From Cenarchaeum sp. (GTDB lineage: Archaea > Thermoproteota > Nitrososphaeria > Nitrososphaerales > Nitrosopumilaceae), in contig OZ242221.1 of the NCBI GenBank assembly GCA_965206845.1, positions 480,001 to 544,000 of the forward strand: DNA of 64,000 nucleotides, read 5' to 3'. The translations under genes and the position numbers were made by a program. How positions within the stretch are numbered: the stretch's first letter is position 1; each line of letters opens with the position of its first letter. The notes under the pieces were generated by a model. That model saw only the letters and a list, made by a program, of their open reading frames with translations, did no database searches and was not told the origin of the DNA. Below are positions 39,217 through 49,640 of this stretch, piece by piece.

Positions 39217-39494
39217 TAACACAGGAGGCCATTCTGTGTGTTATAAATTCACTTGTGGATGCGGCAAGCATACCTCCGTGGGCCACGATTGAAGGGGCGC
39301 GTATCGTGGCAGAGTGCAGGGTCTGTGGAGGCGGCTCCCACGGTTGGCATGGGCGCATCCGCAGGATGGCGCTGCGCCAGGCGACGCAAGGACTCCGGTT
39401 GGCCATGACGGCCATGCGGCCCTGGCAGGCCGGAGTTTTGCCTCCTAGCGATCCGCAGGTATGGCGCAGAAAAATAAAAAAGAAAGAAGGGGAG

Positions 39495-40115
39495 CTACTG
39501 TGCCCTTGACAGCCTGTCGTCAACCTCGTCCCAGTTGACGACGTTCCACCATGCGGCTATGTATGCAGGTCTCCTGTTCTGGTAGTTCAGGTAGTATGCG
39601 TGTTCCCACACGTCGCATCCAAGCAGGGGAACGAGCCCCTCGGTTCTTGGACTTGTCTGGTTGGGCATCGCCTTATACTCCACGCTGCTGGATGACGGGT
39701 TGTAGACCAGCCATCCCCAGCCGCTGCCTTGGATGACTGCGGTGGTCGAGGAGAACTTTTCCTTAAAGTCGGCAAAGCCCCCAAAGGACGAATCGATGGC
39801 ATCTGCCAGCGCGCCTCCGGGCTCACCGCCTCCTGCAGGACTCATGTTGTTCCAGAATAGTCGGTGGTTGTCAAAACCGCCGCCGTTGAAGTTGATTGCG
39901 CCTCTTTGACCCTCGGGCACCGTACCGAGATCGGCCAGGATCTCAAGAATGTCCATGCTTTGAACGCTCTCGGGGCACTGAGACAGTGCGGCGTTCAGCT
40001 TGTCGGTATACGTCTGGTGGTGCTTTGTGTGGTGAATCTCCATGGTTCTGGCGTCGATGTGAGGTGCCAGCGCGTCGTATGCGTAGGGCAGTTTTGGAAG
40101 TGTATAGTCACTCAT
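39495..40115 (-). CDS. sod: Fe/Mn superoxide dismutase
   Basis: HHTKHH, NH..FW, GSGWGWL, DVWEHAYY. Confidence 0.96.
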   Translation of the reverse strand: MSDYTLPKLPYAYDALAPHIDARTMEIHHTKHHQTYTDKLNAALSQCPESVQSMDILEILADLGTVPEGQRGAINFNGGGFDNHRLFWNNMSPAGGGEPGGALADAIDSSFGGFADFKEKFSSTTAVIQGSGWGWLVYNPSSSSVEYKAMPNQTSPRTEGLVPLLGCDVWEHAYYLNYQNRRPAYIAAWWNVVNWDEVDDRLSRAQ

Positions 40116-40194
40116 AGGTTATGCTCGATTCTCATTCAATTTATTGTTTGTTCAAACAAAGTTGATTTTTACTAGAGAACGACACCGGTAGGGT

Positions 40195-42255
40195 GTGATG
40201 CTTCGGTCTGCGGTACTGCTTGGTCTGGTGGCAGCCATCGGCATGGCGCTGCTGTACCAGGGCACAGGCGGGCAGGATGCCGTCACGTACCTGCAGGACA
40301 GCGTGCCGTACATAGGGGCAGACGTGCCGCAGGAGTTGGGGTACGGCGGAGACGGAATAAGGGTGGCAGTGGTCGACACCGGGGTGGATCCCACGCATCC
40401 GGATCTCTTCGGGTTTGGCCCCGACGGCAAGGTGCGCGGAAGGAGCTTTGTGGGACAGGCCGAGGTTCCCTTTGACTCCAACGGCCACGGCACCCAGGTG
40501 GCCGGAATCATAGCGGCCAACGGCGGCATGCAGGGAATCGCGCCCGGATCAGTCATCTACTCCTACAAGGTGTCCCATGACGGCGACGCGGTATCGTCGG
40601 ATCTGATAGTCAAGGCGGTCAGGCAGGCCATTGCCGATGATGTGGATGTGATCAACATCAGCCTTGGGGTAAACAGGACCAACCGACAGATCGACGAGGC
40701 GGTAAATGAGGCCACAAGGGAGGGCATCGTGGTCGTGGTGGCCGCGGGAAACGACGGACCCGGAGCCGGCACCATCGGCAGCCCGGGAATCAATCCAAAC
40801 GCAATCACGGTGGGCGCCACGTACAACAACATCACGTCCAGCCTGGTGGCCACCTTGGAGGTTGACGGGGAGCTCTTTGAGGTGATCCCCATGGTCGGCG
40901 CCGCGCCCCTGAAGAGCGCCATATCCGCGCAGGTAGTCGACGGCGGCTACGGCAGGGTAGCGGATCTTGAGTCCGGCGACCACGATGGCAAGATAGTTCT
41001 CGCAGAGCGGGGCAGTGACACGGAGGGCGACGTAGTGTACTTTTCTGACAAGGAGTTCAACACTGCCAATGCCGGCGCGCTGGCGCTCTTGGTGTACAAT
41101 AACGTCGAGGGGCTCTTTTTGGGGGAGCTGATACACGAGTTTGTGGACGCAGACTATGCACCCAGGATTCCCACCGTCTCCATGTCCAGGGAGGACGGCC
41201 TGAAGATCAAGGACTTGTTGGAGGACGGAGCCGCAGGCACGCTGCACATCTTCAGAAACCCGGACTTTGTGGCCCATTTCAGCTCCCGGGGTCCCGCATC
41301 GCCGTTCTACATCAAGCCCGACATTGTGGCCCCCGGCGTCTTTATCAACAGCACGTCCCTTGGCGGCGGCTACAACTACACCTCAGGCACAAGCTTTGCG
41401 ACGCCGCATGTAAGCGGGGCCGTAGCCCTGCTGCTTGAGAAGAACCCCACGCTGGGGCCGTCGGAGATAAAGTCGATCATAGTCACAACGACAGACCTGG
41501 CATCAGACGAGCACGGAGAGCAGTTTCCCGTCGAGGTGGCAGGCTCCGGAAGGCTCAACGTCACCAGGGCGTTTAATGCGGAGCTGATCATATTCCCCAC
41601 CTCCCTGGCCTTTGACATCGCACTGCCGGGGACTGCGGACACGGAGGCGCTCAGAGTCCGGACCACGGATCCTCCGGTAGGCGACATAGGGGTACGAATA
41701 TCGGCACCCGATGCCTTTGATGTATCCCACGAGACATCAGGCGACGGGGTGGCATTCACGGCACGGATGGTGCAGGGCGTATCCGGTGAGTTTGCGGGAA
41801 GGATATTCCTTACCCACAAGGCAACCGAGTACAGCATACCGTTTGTCATCAGGACGTCAGAGGGCGCCATTACGGCCTCAAGCGACTCGGGAACGCTGAG
41901 CCTTGGAGTTGACGCGCCGGGGTGGTCGTTTGCTAGGATATACGTCACGGACTCAAAGACCGGCTACACCGATGCGGTGTCTGCGGTGCCGGGCCGGGAC
42001 GGCCAGCTCAGGGTGTACGATCCTGGCACGTACTGGATAGAGGCCAGGGTTACGGCAGGGGACCGGACGTACAGCATCTACGACAAGATAGGCGTGACCC
42101 AAGCAGCAGAGAGGGGTGCAACAGATGTGCTGGACATAGGCCTGCCCTATAGGCAGATGATCATATTGGCAGGAGTCACAGCCGCAGTGGCGGCATCGGG
42201 GGTGGCGCTCTCAAGATACAGGTCCGATAGCCCTGCTGCGGATTTATCGTCCTAG
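40195..42255 (+). CDS. Membrane-anchored S8 subtilase with PA domain
   Basis: DTG, HGT, AAGN, GTSFATPH triad; signal peptide and C-terminal TM. Confidence 0.92.
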   Translation: MMLRSAVLLGLVAAIGMALLYQGTGGQDAVTYLQDSVPYIGADVPQELGYGGDGIRVAVVDTGVDPTHPDLFGFGPDGKVRGRSFVGQAEVPFDSNGHGTQVAGIIAANGGMQGIAPGSVIYSYKVSHDGDAVSSDLIVKAVRQAIADDVDVINISLGVNRTNRQIDEAVNEATREGIVVVVAAGNDGPGAGTIGSPGINPNAITVGATYNNITSSLVATLEVDGELFEVIPMVGAAPLKSAISAQVVDGGYGRVADLESGDHDGKIVLAERGSDTEGDVVYFSDKEFNTANAGALALLVYNNVEGLFLGELIHEFVDADYAPRIPTVSMSREDGLKIKDLLEDGAAGTLHIFRNPDFVAHFSSRGPASPFYIKPDIVAPGVFINSTSLGGGYNYTSGTSFATPHVSGAVALLLEKNPTLGPSEIKSIIVTTTDLASDEHGEQFPVEVAGSGRLNVTRAFNAELIIFPTSLAFDIALPGTADTEALRVRTTDPPVGDIGVRISAPDAFDVSHETSGDGVAFTARMVQGVSGEFAGRIFLTHKATEYSIPFVIRTSEGAITASSDSGTLSLGVDAPGWSFARIYVTDSKTGYTDAVSAVPGRDGQLRVYDPGTYWIEARVTAGDRTYSIYDKIGVTQAAERGATDVLDIGLPYRQMIILAGVTAAVAASGVALSRYRSDSPAADLSS

Positions 42256-42302
42256 ACAGGCATCTGCATCGGGAGCGGCGCCTTCAAGGTACAGGCAGCG
42301 CT

Positions 42303-43901
42303 CTACACGTCCTGGGACGGTCTCGGACCGCTGGCCAGCACCTGCGGCGACACGCCGCCGAACTTGGTAAAGTTGCGCACAAACATCTGCGCCAGCCTTT
42401 CTGCTGCCTGGTCGTACGAGTCCCTGTCGGGCCAGGTCATCCTAGGGTTCAGGACGTCTGCGGGCACGCCAAGACACTCGATGGGAACGTCGATGTTGAA
42501 GAGATCGTCATGCCTGTAGGGAACCGCATCCAGTGCGCCTGACAGCGCGGCGGTAACCATTGCACGGCTGTGCCTTATCTTGATTCTGGATCCCGCACCG
42601 TAGGGGCCGCCGGACCATCCCGTGTTTATGAAGTATGTCTTTGCGCCGTACCTTTTGATCCTCTCACCAAGCATTCCTGCGTATACGGCAGCATGTCTTG
42701 GCATGAACGGCGCCCCAAAGCACTCAGAGAAGGTCGCCTTGGGCTCCTTGATTCCGCGCTCGGTGCCTGCAAGCTTGCTGGTGTACCCGGACATAAAGTG
42801 GTACATGGCGCCCATCTCTGTCAGCCGAGATACCGGAGGCAACACGCCCATGGCGTCTGCCGTAAGGAATATGATCGTCTTGGGGTTTCTCCCGATGCTG
42901 GGAGTCACGGCTCCCGGGATGTGATCCAGGGGGTATGCCACGCGGGTGTTCTCCGTAAGCTTGCCGTCATCAAAGTCTGGCCGCAGTGTCCTGCTGTCGA
43001 TCACAACATTCTCCAGAACCGCGCCGGATCTGATGGCGTTCCAGATCTCCGGCTCTGCCTCCCGACTCAGGTGGATGCACTTTGCGTAGCAGCCGCCCTC
43101 AAAGTTGAAGATGCCACGATCAGACCAGCCGTGCTCGTCATCTCCGATCAGCATTCTGTCTGGATCCGTGGACAGTGTTGTCTTGCCGGTGCCTGACAGC
43201 CCAAAGAAGAGCGCCGTATCGCCGCCCCGACCCATATTGGCAGAGCAGTGCATCGGGAACACGCCCCTTGACGGCAGGACAAAGTTCATTGTGCTGAACA
43301 TGGACTTTTTCATCTCGCCTGCATAGCTGGTGCCCCCGATTAGAACTATCCCCCGGGAGAGATTGAGGATTATGAAGACGTCGGAGTTTGTTCCGTCTTC
43401 CTTTGGTATGGACTCAAAGTCGTTGATGCACATAATGGTAAAGTCAGGCTTGTGTGACCGGAGCTCCCCGGTAGAGGGCCCCACAAAGAGCTGCCTGGCA
43501 AAGAGGCTCTGCCATGCGCGATCATTGATCACCCTGATGGCCAGCCGGTTCCCGGGATCCGCCCCCACAAATCCGTCAAACGCAAAGAGGTTCTTGCCGG
43601 TGACGAATCCCTTCATCTTCGCAAGCAGCCTGTCAAACTTGTCCTCTGGGAAGGGATGGTTGATCTTCCCCCAGTCTACCGTGTCCTGCGTCAGATCATC
43701 ATACACGATATATCTGTCGTCTGGGGAGCGGCCGGTGTACTTGCCGGTTCGAACAGACAGCGCCCCTGTGGATGTCACCGCGCCCTCACTTTGGGACACC
43801 GCCATATCTACCAAGGCGCCTACCGGGAGGTTTCGGTGAATCGTTCTTGGCGCAATGCCAAACTTGGCTATCTGTTGTGCAAACATGGTGGCAGTCTGCA
43901 C
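42303..43901 (-). CDS. pckA: Phosphoenolpyruvate carboxykinase (ATP)
   Basis: TGRSP, YAGEMKK, GLSGTGKTT, IGDDEHGW, NFEGGCYAK. Confidence 0.96.
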   Translation of the reverse strand: MQTATMFAQQIAKFGIAPRTIHRNLPVGALVDMAVSQSEGAVTSTGALSVRTGKYTGRSPDDRYIVYDDLTQDTVDWGKINHPFPEDKFDRLLAKMKGFVTGKNLFAFDGFVGADPGNRLAIRVINDRAWQSLFARQLFVGPSTGELRSHKPDFTIMCINDFESIPKEDGTNSDVFIILNLSRGIVLIGGTSYAGEMKKSMFSTMNFVLPSRGVFPMHCSANMGRGGDTALFFGLSGTGKTTLSTDPDRMLIGDDEHGWSDRGIFNFEGGCYAKCIHLSREAEPEIWNAIRSGAVLENVVIDSRTLRPDFDDGKLTENTRVAYPLDHIPGAVTPSIGRNPKTIIFLTADAMGVLPPVSRLTEMGAMYHFMSGYTSKLAGTERGIKEPKATFSECFGAPFMPRHAAVYAGMLGERIKRYGAKTYFINTGWSGGPYGAGSRIKIRHSRAMVTAALSGALDAVPYRHDDLFNIDVPIECLGVPADVLNPRMTWPDRDSYDQAAERLAQMFVRNFTKFGGVSPQVLASGPRPSQDV

Positions 43902-43995
43902 ATTACTACCCGTATCAAAGCCCCCTGCATTTGTATTCGATCCGCTTAAAGCTTCCTTAATATCTCTTTTGGGAATTATTGGCTGTGTCCTACTA

Positions 43996-44223
43996 CAGTA
44001 ATCCCAGATGTGCCAGATCTAGCACCTGTGAGAGTTTAGGTCACCCCCATCATGCCCATGAAGAGCTCAATTTGGCATGGGTCAAACCCCCGTATTCTGC
44101 CGCACGCGTCATCATTTGTGCCTAAATCTACATGAAATGGCCAAAAATATCTGAGTGGGACCAACCCTCCACTCAGTCAAATGGTGGCGACTTAACCTCT
44201 TACTGGCACATCTGGGATTACTG
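43996..44223. mobile_element. MITE with CAG-terminal TIRs (ISH3/IS701-like)
   Basis: Perfect 21-bp TIR CAGTAATCCCAGATGTGCCAG; 5-bp TSD TACTA at 43991-43995 and 44224-44228; no ORF. Confidence 0.85.
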
Positions 44224-44246
44224 TACTAAGATATACCTGTCCAATA

Positions 44247-45481
44247 GGCTGTGTCCTAGAGACATAACCCAACAATAACCGGCTGACGCGGCGCCGGTAC
44301 GGGCATTATCAGAATTCCCAAGATTTGCAGTCTTTTTCGGATGTTGCCGGTTCAGGATCTGGTTCGCAACCGTAAAATCCCGCCCTGCCTGACATGGCAC
44401 GCGCAGGCTCCCCCACGGAACGGCGCGGCGGTCACCGCGCCAGTCCGGCAGCCATTGCAGTGAGCGACCCGTGCGTGAGCCTGCCGTCTTTTACTTGCGA
44501 GCGCGCGACCACTTCGACGCTGTAGCAGACGGCCCGGATTGCAATCTCCCGGCCCTGTCGGCCGCGCCTGCGGCTCCGGAGGTGGTTCCCGTACATTTTC
44601 TTGATTGCCCCAAAGACGGCCCCGATTATGCTCCGCTGGTGGTATTCGTCCAGGAACCTGGCCATCTCGTCCCTGTGCGTCCGGATCATGTCTCCCCACG
44701 CCTGGCTGCCCCCGTTCTTGCAGACGGTGTTGGATTTGGGCCGGATGCGCGGTGTCATGCCCTTGTCGGATATGGCGTCGCATATCTTCCTTGCCAGGTA
44801 GGCCGCGTCCAGGCAGAAGAGGTCGGTACCATCTTCGAGCCTGCCCAGCATCGGCCACAGTCCTGCGATGTCAGAGGCGTACACGTCGGTGACCAGGTAG
44901 TCTAGGGCGGTCCTGGTGGACACGTCGACTATGCTGTGCAGCTTGACCCAGCCGCGCTTGAGCCTGACCTGGCCGTGGCGGATGCTGAACCACCTGGCGA
45001 GCCTGTTGCCGGAGTAGCCGGTGCTGTCCCCGGCCACCGAGCCGGCCACCATGGCGTCGCCGATGATCCTAGTGTGGACCTCCCGCATGTACGGCTCGGG
45101 GATCAGTCCGTAGGCGCGCCAGATGGCGCCCTTGGAGGGTATCCTGAGCAGCCCCACCATCCGGGCCAGATTCGGGTTGATCCTGAGATGGCCCACCGTC
45201 TTTCGGCAGGTACGCGCCTCTGCCTCCATGAGGGTGCAGACGACAGCCATGGCCTTTGGCGGGTAGGCGGTCATGCCGCCCAGTCCGGGTTTGGCCCGGT
45301 AGGGGTCACCCAGATACTCGACTATCCTCAGTACCGTGTTCAGTATGGGGCCCGGCAGGCGCTGCCGGACCAGTTCGTAGGGTCGCTGATCGCGTTTTCT
45401 TTTTTTCACTGGATCGGGCCGCGATCATCGGATCATTGTGCCTTGCGATTTTGAGGAAGCATATGTCCGTGGGACACAGCC
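44247..45481 (-). mobile_element. IS5-family insertion sequence, copy B (relative of 6867-8095)
   Basis: Ends GGCTGTGTCCTAGAGACATA / ..GGGACACAGCC; no flanking TSD. Confidence 0.88.
44432..45409 (-). CDS. IS5-family transposase, catalytic Glu replaced by Gly
   Basis: Homologous to 7062-8024 but QRSIIGAVF instead of QRSIIEAVF. Confidence 0.85.
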   Translation of the reverse strand: MKKRKRDQRPYELVRQRLPGPILNTVLRIVEYLGDPYRAKPGLGGMTAYPPKAMAVVCTLMEAEARTCRKTVGHLRINPNLARMVGLLRIPSKGAIWRAYGLIPEPYMREVHTRIIGDAMVAGSVAGDSTGYSGNRLARWFSIRHGQVRLKRGWVKLHSIVDVSTRTALDYLVTDVYASDIAGLWPMLGRLEDGTDLFCLDAAYLARKICDAISDKGMTPRIRPKSNTVCKNGGSQAWGDMIRTHRDEMARFLDEYHQRSIIGAVFGAIKKMYGNHLRSRRRGRQGREIAIRAVCYSVEVVARSQVKDGRLTHGSLTAMAAGLAR

Positions 45482-45526
45482 GGCCGTTGGGGAACGTATT
45501 TATTTCAAATTTCACCAGTTCGCAAT

Positions 45527-45925
45527 ATGCCAATCAACCGCGACAGGCTTGAGCAGCGCAGCAAGCTGGCGGCCCACAGGCCGGAGTTTAAGCGTCCCGA
45601 GAGCTGGAGATACAAGCGTCTGGACACCACCTGGAGAAAACCCAAGGGAATAGACAACCACATCAGAAAGCAGCTGAGTCGCGGCCGCCCGGGTGTTGTC
45701 AAGGTGGGCTTTGGCGGACCCAAGGCCGCAAGGGGCCTGCACCCGTCAGGCTACACCGATAACCTAGTCTTCAACCCGGACGGCCTAAACGGCCTGAACC
45801 CAAAGGTCGACGGGATACGGATAGGTCACACCGTGGGGATCAAAAAGAGAAGGGAGATAGTCCAGGCGGCCATAGAAGGAAAGTTCAAGGTATTCAATGC
45901 CAGGGTGAGCAAGGTTGGTAGTTAA
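45527..45925 (+). CDS. rpl32e: 50S ribosomal protein L32e
   Basis: F.R.ESWRYKRL..WRKPKGIDN, GLHPSG. Confidence 0.96.
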   Translation: MPINRDRLEQRSKLAAHRPEFKRPESWRYKRLDTTWRKPKGIDNHIRKQLSRGRPGVVKVGFGGPKAARGLHPSGYTDNLVFNPDGLNGLNPKVDGIRIGHTVGIKKRREIVQAAIEGKFKVFNARVSKVGS

Positions 45926-46370
45926 TCTCAGTGCAAAGAAGAGGCTGGCGGCCCGGGTTACAGGGTATGGGATCCACCGGATCACGTTCAGCCCCGATCA
46001 CCTGGAGGATATCGCAGACGCCATCACGCGGCAGGACATACGGGGCCTGGTCACCGCAAACAAGATCACCATCAAGAAGGTGCAGGGCACCTCCCGCGGC
46101 AGGGCCCAGCTCAAGCACCTGCAAAAAAAGAAGCGCGGGACCAAGGCAGGCTCCAAGCACGGAAGAAAGGGCGCTCGCATGGGCAAGAAGGAGACCTACG
46201 TCAAGAAGGTAAGATCCCTCAGGTACCTGCTGGGTGTGGCAAAGGACAGGTCCGATATAGACAACAAGGAGTTCTGGTCGCTGTACAAGAAGGTGAGAGG
46301 AAACACGGTACGAAACAAGGCCCACCTGAGGCAGCTCATCGAGACCGCAAAGCAGTCCAGAGAAGCCTAG
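45915..46370 (+). CDS. rpl19e: 50S ribosomal protein L19e
   Basis: KRLAA, AITRQDIR.L, G.SRGR, GSK.G.KGAR, LY.KV.G. Confidence 0.96.
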   Translation: MVVNLSAKKRLAARVTGYGIHRITFSPDHLEDIADAITRQDIRGLVTANKITIKKVQGTSRGRAQLKHLQKKKRGTKAGSKHGRKGARMGKKETYVKKVRSLRYLLGVAKDRSDIDNKEFWSLYKKVRGNTVRNKAHLRQLIETAKQSREA

Positions 46371-46648
46371 AAGTGGTGCACCCTCTTCTCAAAGTCCAGT
46401 ATCTTGCGGCCCCTGATCTCCACCCCCTCGTCTGTTAGCATGTTGATCTTGATATCCTGCCCGTAGGCATAGCCGCCCACGCCCCCGTCGGAGAGCACCA
46501 CCCTGTGGCACGGAACCACGCCGGGAAACCTGTTTCTGTTCATTATCCGCCCTATGACGCGCTGTCCGTTTTTGAGCCCCACTGCCCTGGCCAGCTCCCC
46601 GTATGTGGTAACCTTGCCCTCGGGAACCTGCATCAGCTTCTTGTACAC
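46367..46648 (-). CDS. MGMT/Ogt family DNA alkyltransferase domain protein
   Basis: VP.GKVTTYG.LA, PCHRV. Confidence 0.88.
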   Translation of the reverse strand: MYKKLMQVPEGKVTTYGELARAVGLKNGQRVIGRIMNRNRFPGVVPCHRVVLSDGGVGGYAYGQDIKINMLTDEGVEIRGRKILDFEKRVHHF

Positions 46649-46662
46649 GTCATCATCCAGGG

Positions 46663-47439
46663 TCAGAGCCGGATCACCTCCAGATCGGTGTCTGCGACCA
46701 GATCCAGGACCTTCTGCTTGTGGGGCCCGAGCCCCTTCCAGTCAAGGAGCGCCGCCGTGGCCCCTGCGTTGCGCTCAAGAATGTGCGAGAAGAGGTCGCA
46801 GTCAAGATGGCCGAGGTCGCGCCGCGGCACCACGGTTCCCAAGGCAAACTCGCCGTGTAGCAGCTCCTGGGTAAAGGCGCGCGGATAGTGCGTTCCTCCA
46901 AAGCATATGCCCACGGGATACCGGCCGGGATCCTGCCGCATTGCCTCGTCTACCACCTCTGCCACCCTGCCACACAGGTCTCCATCATCCCACTGCACCT
47001 GCGTGGTTCCCACCTCTATGAAGAGTGATGGCTTTGAGAGCGCCGTGGGGCCGTGGTGCGTTGCCTCGATTGTGATCTGAAAGTCCGCAAAGTCCCCCTG
47101 TCGCGCCTTTAGCAGGCGGAGATACCTCTTCTGCAGATCAGGGTATGGCACTGCCACCTGCCGGTCGCCCCCTCCAAAGGCGGCATGCGCAAAGTTTCCC
47201 GTGGAGTGGCAGGTGAGCGCCAGAACCCCGGAGCTTGCGGCATGCTTTGAGAGAAAGACGTAGCCGTCGTACCGGTACTCCTGCTCCAGCCAGTCCGCAG
47301 AGATTGCGGGCGTCGGTATCTCCGTCAGGTCATAGTCAGAACCCGAGAGCACGCTACCGTTTCGCCTCATCTTCTGCGACAGGTGCTGTGCCATGCTGTG
47401 TCCTGCCGGATCATCGCTGTAGGCGACCAGGATATTCAC
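46663..47439 (-). CDS. dtdA: D-aminoacyl-tRNA deacylase (archaeal DTD2)
   Basis: SKH, LTCHSTGN, EATHHGP, FIEVG, GGTHY. Confidence 0.92.
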   Translation of the reverse strand: MNILVAYSDDPAGHSMAQHLSQKMRRNGSVLSGSDYDLTEIPTPAISADWLEQEYRYDGYVFLSKHAASSGVLALTCHSTGNFAHAAFGGGDRQVAVPYPDLQKRYLRLLKARQGDFADFQITIEATHHGPTALSKPSLFIEVGTTQVQWDDGDLCGRVAEVVDEAMRQDPGRYPVGICFGGTHYPRAFTQELLHGEFALGTVVPRRDLGHLDCDLFSHILERNAGATAALLDWKGLGPHKQKVLDLVADTDLEVIRL

Positions 47440-47476
47440 GATAAGAGATATAAAGATATCATATTAAAGCTCGCTG

Positions 47477-47647
47477 ATGAATATTATGAAAACATTGAGG
47501 AACATGGAGAATACCATGAAGATGGCAAGAAAGCCGGACAAGGAAGAGTACAAGCAGCACCTGCGCCTGGTCCTACTGGGAATCGGCGCCGTGGGGGCCA
47601 TAGGGTTTACCATCCAGTTCGTGTTCTCGGTAGTTACATTTACTTAA
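47477..47647 (+). CDS. secE: Protein translocase SecE/Sec61-gamma (56 aa, below ORF-track cutoff)
   Basis: MKMARKPDKEEY...LLGIGAVGAIGFTIQF; directly upstream of spt5. Confidence 0.9.
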   Translation: MNIMKTLRNMENTMKMARKPDKEEYKQHLRLVLLGIGAVGAIGFTIQFVFSVVTFT

Positions 47648-47656
47648 GTGGAAAAG

Positions 47657-48112
47657 ATGTCCCAAGAAATAAAATCACACCTCTTTGCCATAAGAACCAC
47701 AGGCGGGCAGGAAAAGGTCGTCATGAGGATACTCGAGTCCAAGTCCAGGGCAGACGCAGTCGACATCCAGTCGGTTCTGCTCGTGGAGAACCTCAAGGGA
47801 TATGTGGTAATAGAGGCCATGGAGCCCAGCGCGGTCTTCAAGGCAATCCAAGAGGTGCGACACATACGCGGCCAGCTCCGCGGGGAGCTGCAGTTTGAGG
47901 ATATCGAGGGATACCTCATCAAAAAATCCACGGTATCCACCCTGCAGGTAGACAACGTAGTGGAGATCGCAGGAGGCCCATTCAAGGGAATGAAGGCCAC
48001 AATCACAAGAATAGACCACGACAAGGAGGAGGCCACGGTAATACTGCTGGACGCCCCGTACCAGCTTCCGGTTACGGTCGATGCCAACTACCTCAAGGCA
48101 TCACCAGGTTAG
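47657..48112 (+). CDS. spt5: Transcription elongation factor Spt5
   Basis: TTGGQE, KGYV.IEA, KOW GGPFKG. Confidence 0.95.
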   Translation: MSQEIKSHLFAIRTTGGQEKVVMRILESKSRADAVDIQSVLLVENLKGYVVIEAMEPSAVFKAIQEVRHIRGQLRGELQFEDIEGYLIKKSTVSTLQVDNVVEIAGGPFKGMKATITRIDHDKEEATVILLDAPYQLPVTVDANYLKASPG

Positions 48113-48149
48113 GAAGGATTAAATTTTCAGGAGATACGGTGAGGGTATA

Positions 48150-48629
48150 ATGGGAGAACCGCAATCAGTATCTGCTCTGGTAACCGGCGGAAAGGCGTCG
48201 GCAGGACCGCCGCTGGGTCCCGCACTGGGCCCGCTGGGAGTGAACATCATGGAAGTGATCGGGGCCATCAACGAAAAGACCATGGGCTTTGAGGGAATGA
48301 AGGTTCCCGTCACGGTAGTTGTGGATACGGACACAAAAAAGTATGAGATCGAGATCGGCATACCGTCGTCTGCTGCCCTCATAATGAAGGAGATCGGAAT
48401 CACAAAGGGCTCCGGAGCGTCCGGCACCGAGTGGGTAGGCGACGTATCCATGGACTCGATAGTCAAGGTTGCAGGCACGAAGCTGGAGGCATCATATGCC
48501 ACCTCGCTAAAATCGGTTGCAAAGACCATAGTAGGCACCTGCCTTGCCCTGGGCATCAAGGTGGAGGGCAAGACACCCAAAGAGATAACCGCCGAGATCA
48601 ACGAAGGCAAGTGGGACGAAAAGATATAG
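48150..48629 (+). CDS. rpl11: 50S ribosomal protein L11
   Basis: GGKASAGPPLGPALGPLG, GTC..LGI. Confidence 0.97.
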   Translation: MGEPQSVSALVTGGKASAGPPLGPALGPLGVNIMEVIGAINEKTMGFEGMKVPVTVVVDTDTKKYEIEIGIPSSAALIMKEIGITKGSGASGTEWVGDVSMDSIVKVAGTKLEASYATSLKSVAKTIVGTCLALGIKVEGKTPKEITAEINEGKWDEKI

Positions 48630-48632
48630 AGG

Positions 48633-49403
48633 CTATGCGTCATACAGCCACTGGGTGACGATATCAGACACCAGCTGCTCCACGCTGCACTCCTCTTCCT
48701 CGGCCTCGGCCGCAAGCCTTGCCAGCAGCGGGCCGGACAGATCCAGCTTCATGTTTTTGTTGTAGTATCTGTTTGACTTGTGAACCAGCTGCGCGTGTGT
48801 GTCGTCCGGGTTGTCGACCACGGCCTTGATGTACCTGCTCCTCTTTGCCATGTCGTACTTTGCTATACGGTTTGCAACCTCCACTGCGTGAGCCGTGTTG
48901 CCAGAGGCGCGCATCAGGTGTATTGCCTGGTCGCGCGAGAGCAGCTCCGGCACCATGTCCTTGAGCTGGGACGGCACGGCGTCAAACCCCAGGTACCGCT
49001 CCAGCGTTCTTGCAGATATCCCCAGGTACCGGTGCGTCTTTGCCTTGCCGTTGCGGTCCACCAGAAACCGCACCGCCTTTGAGATCTCCGCCCCGGTCAT
49101 GTTGCGCCGCTGGAGGTTCTCTATAAGGGACGTGGTCTTGGCTCCCGTCACATCCTGCCCGTCATCTAGCACCAGGGCCTGAATGGTGTACATCTTCAGG
49201 GATATGCATGCGGCCAAGCGCCGCTGGCCCGATATCAGGACATAGCCGTCCTCCTCCTCCTGCACCAGGGGCGGATTCTGGAGGCCGTCTGCCTTGATCG
49301 AGCGCGCAAGCTCGTCGATGCCCTCCCTGTCAAGGCTTCGCGCCTGTGCCTCGGCCCACACGCGAATGGAATCCAATGGAATCTCCCGTAGGTGGTATCT
49401 CAA
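48633..49403 (-). CDS. ParB/Srx N-terminal domain protein
   Basis: I.ELA.SI...GLQNPP.V, LISGQRRL.A, SL.ENLQR, HTH-like segment. Confidence 0.85.
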   Translation of the reverse strand: MRYHLREIPLDSIRVWAEAQARSLDREGIDELARSIKADGLQNPPLVQEEEDGYVLISGQRRLAACISLKMYTIQALVLDDGQDVTGAKTTSLIENLQRRNMTGAEISKAVRFLVDRNGKAKTHRYLGISARTLERYLGFDAVPSQLKDMVPELLSRDQAIHLMRASGNTAHAVEVANRIAKYDMAKRSRYIKAVVDNPDDTHAQLVHKSNRYYNKNMKLDLSGPLLARLAAEAEEEECSVEQLVSDIVTQWLYDA

Positions 49404-49640
49404 TGCAATTATTTGTTTGAGGATAGTATTTTAAACTCTTGCGGTATTTGCCTGGCGCGAGGCGGGTAGATCCCCCTTGCTCAGGCACAAACCTGCACGA
49501 CTGGATAGAGTCTTACGTCTGCTCGGCTGGACAGGCGCCATGCACATGCCGGCACGGCTGCATCGAGTCGGGCGCAGAACCCACTCCTCAGACGCGCATA
49601 TCAGGATGAGGGCGCAGTGGCATGACTGGTGCGCGTACCG

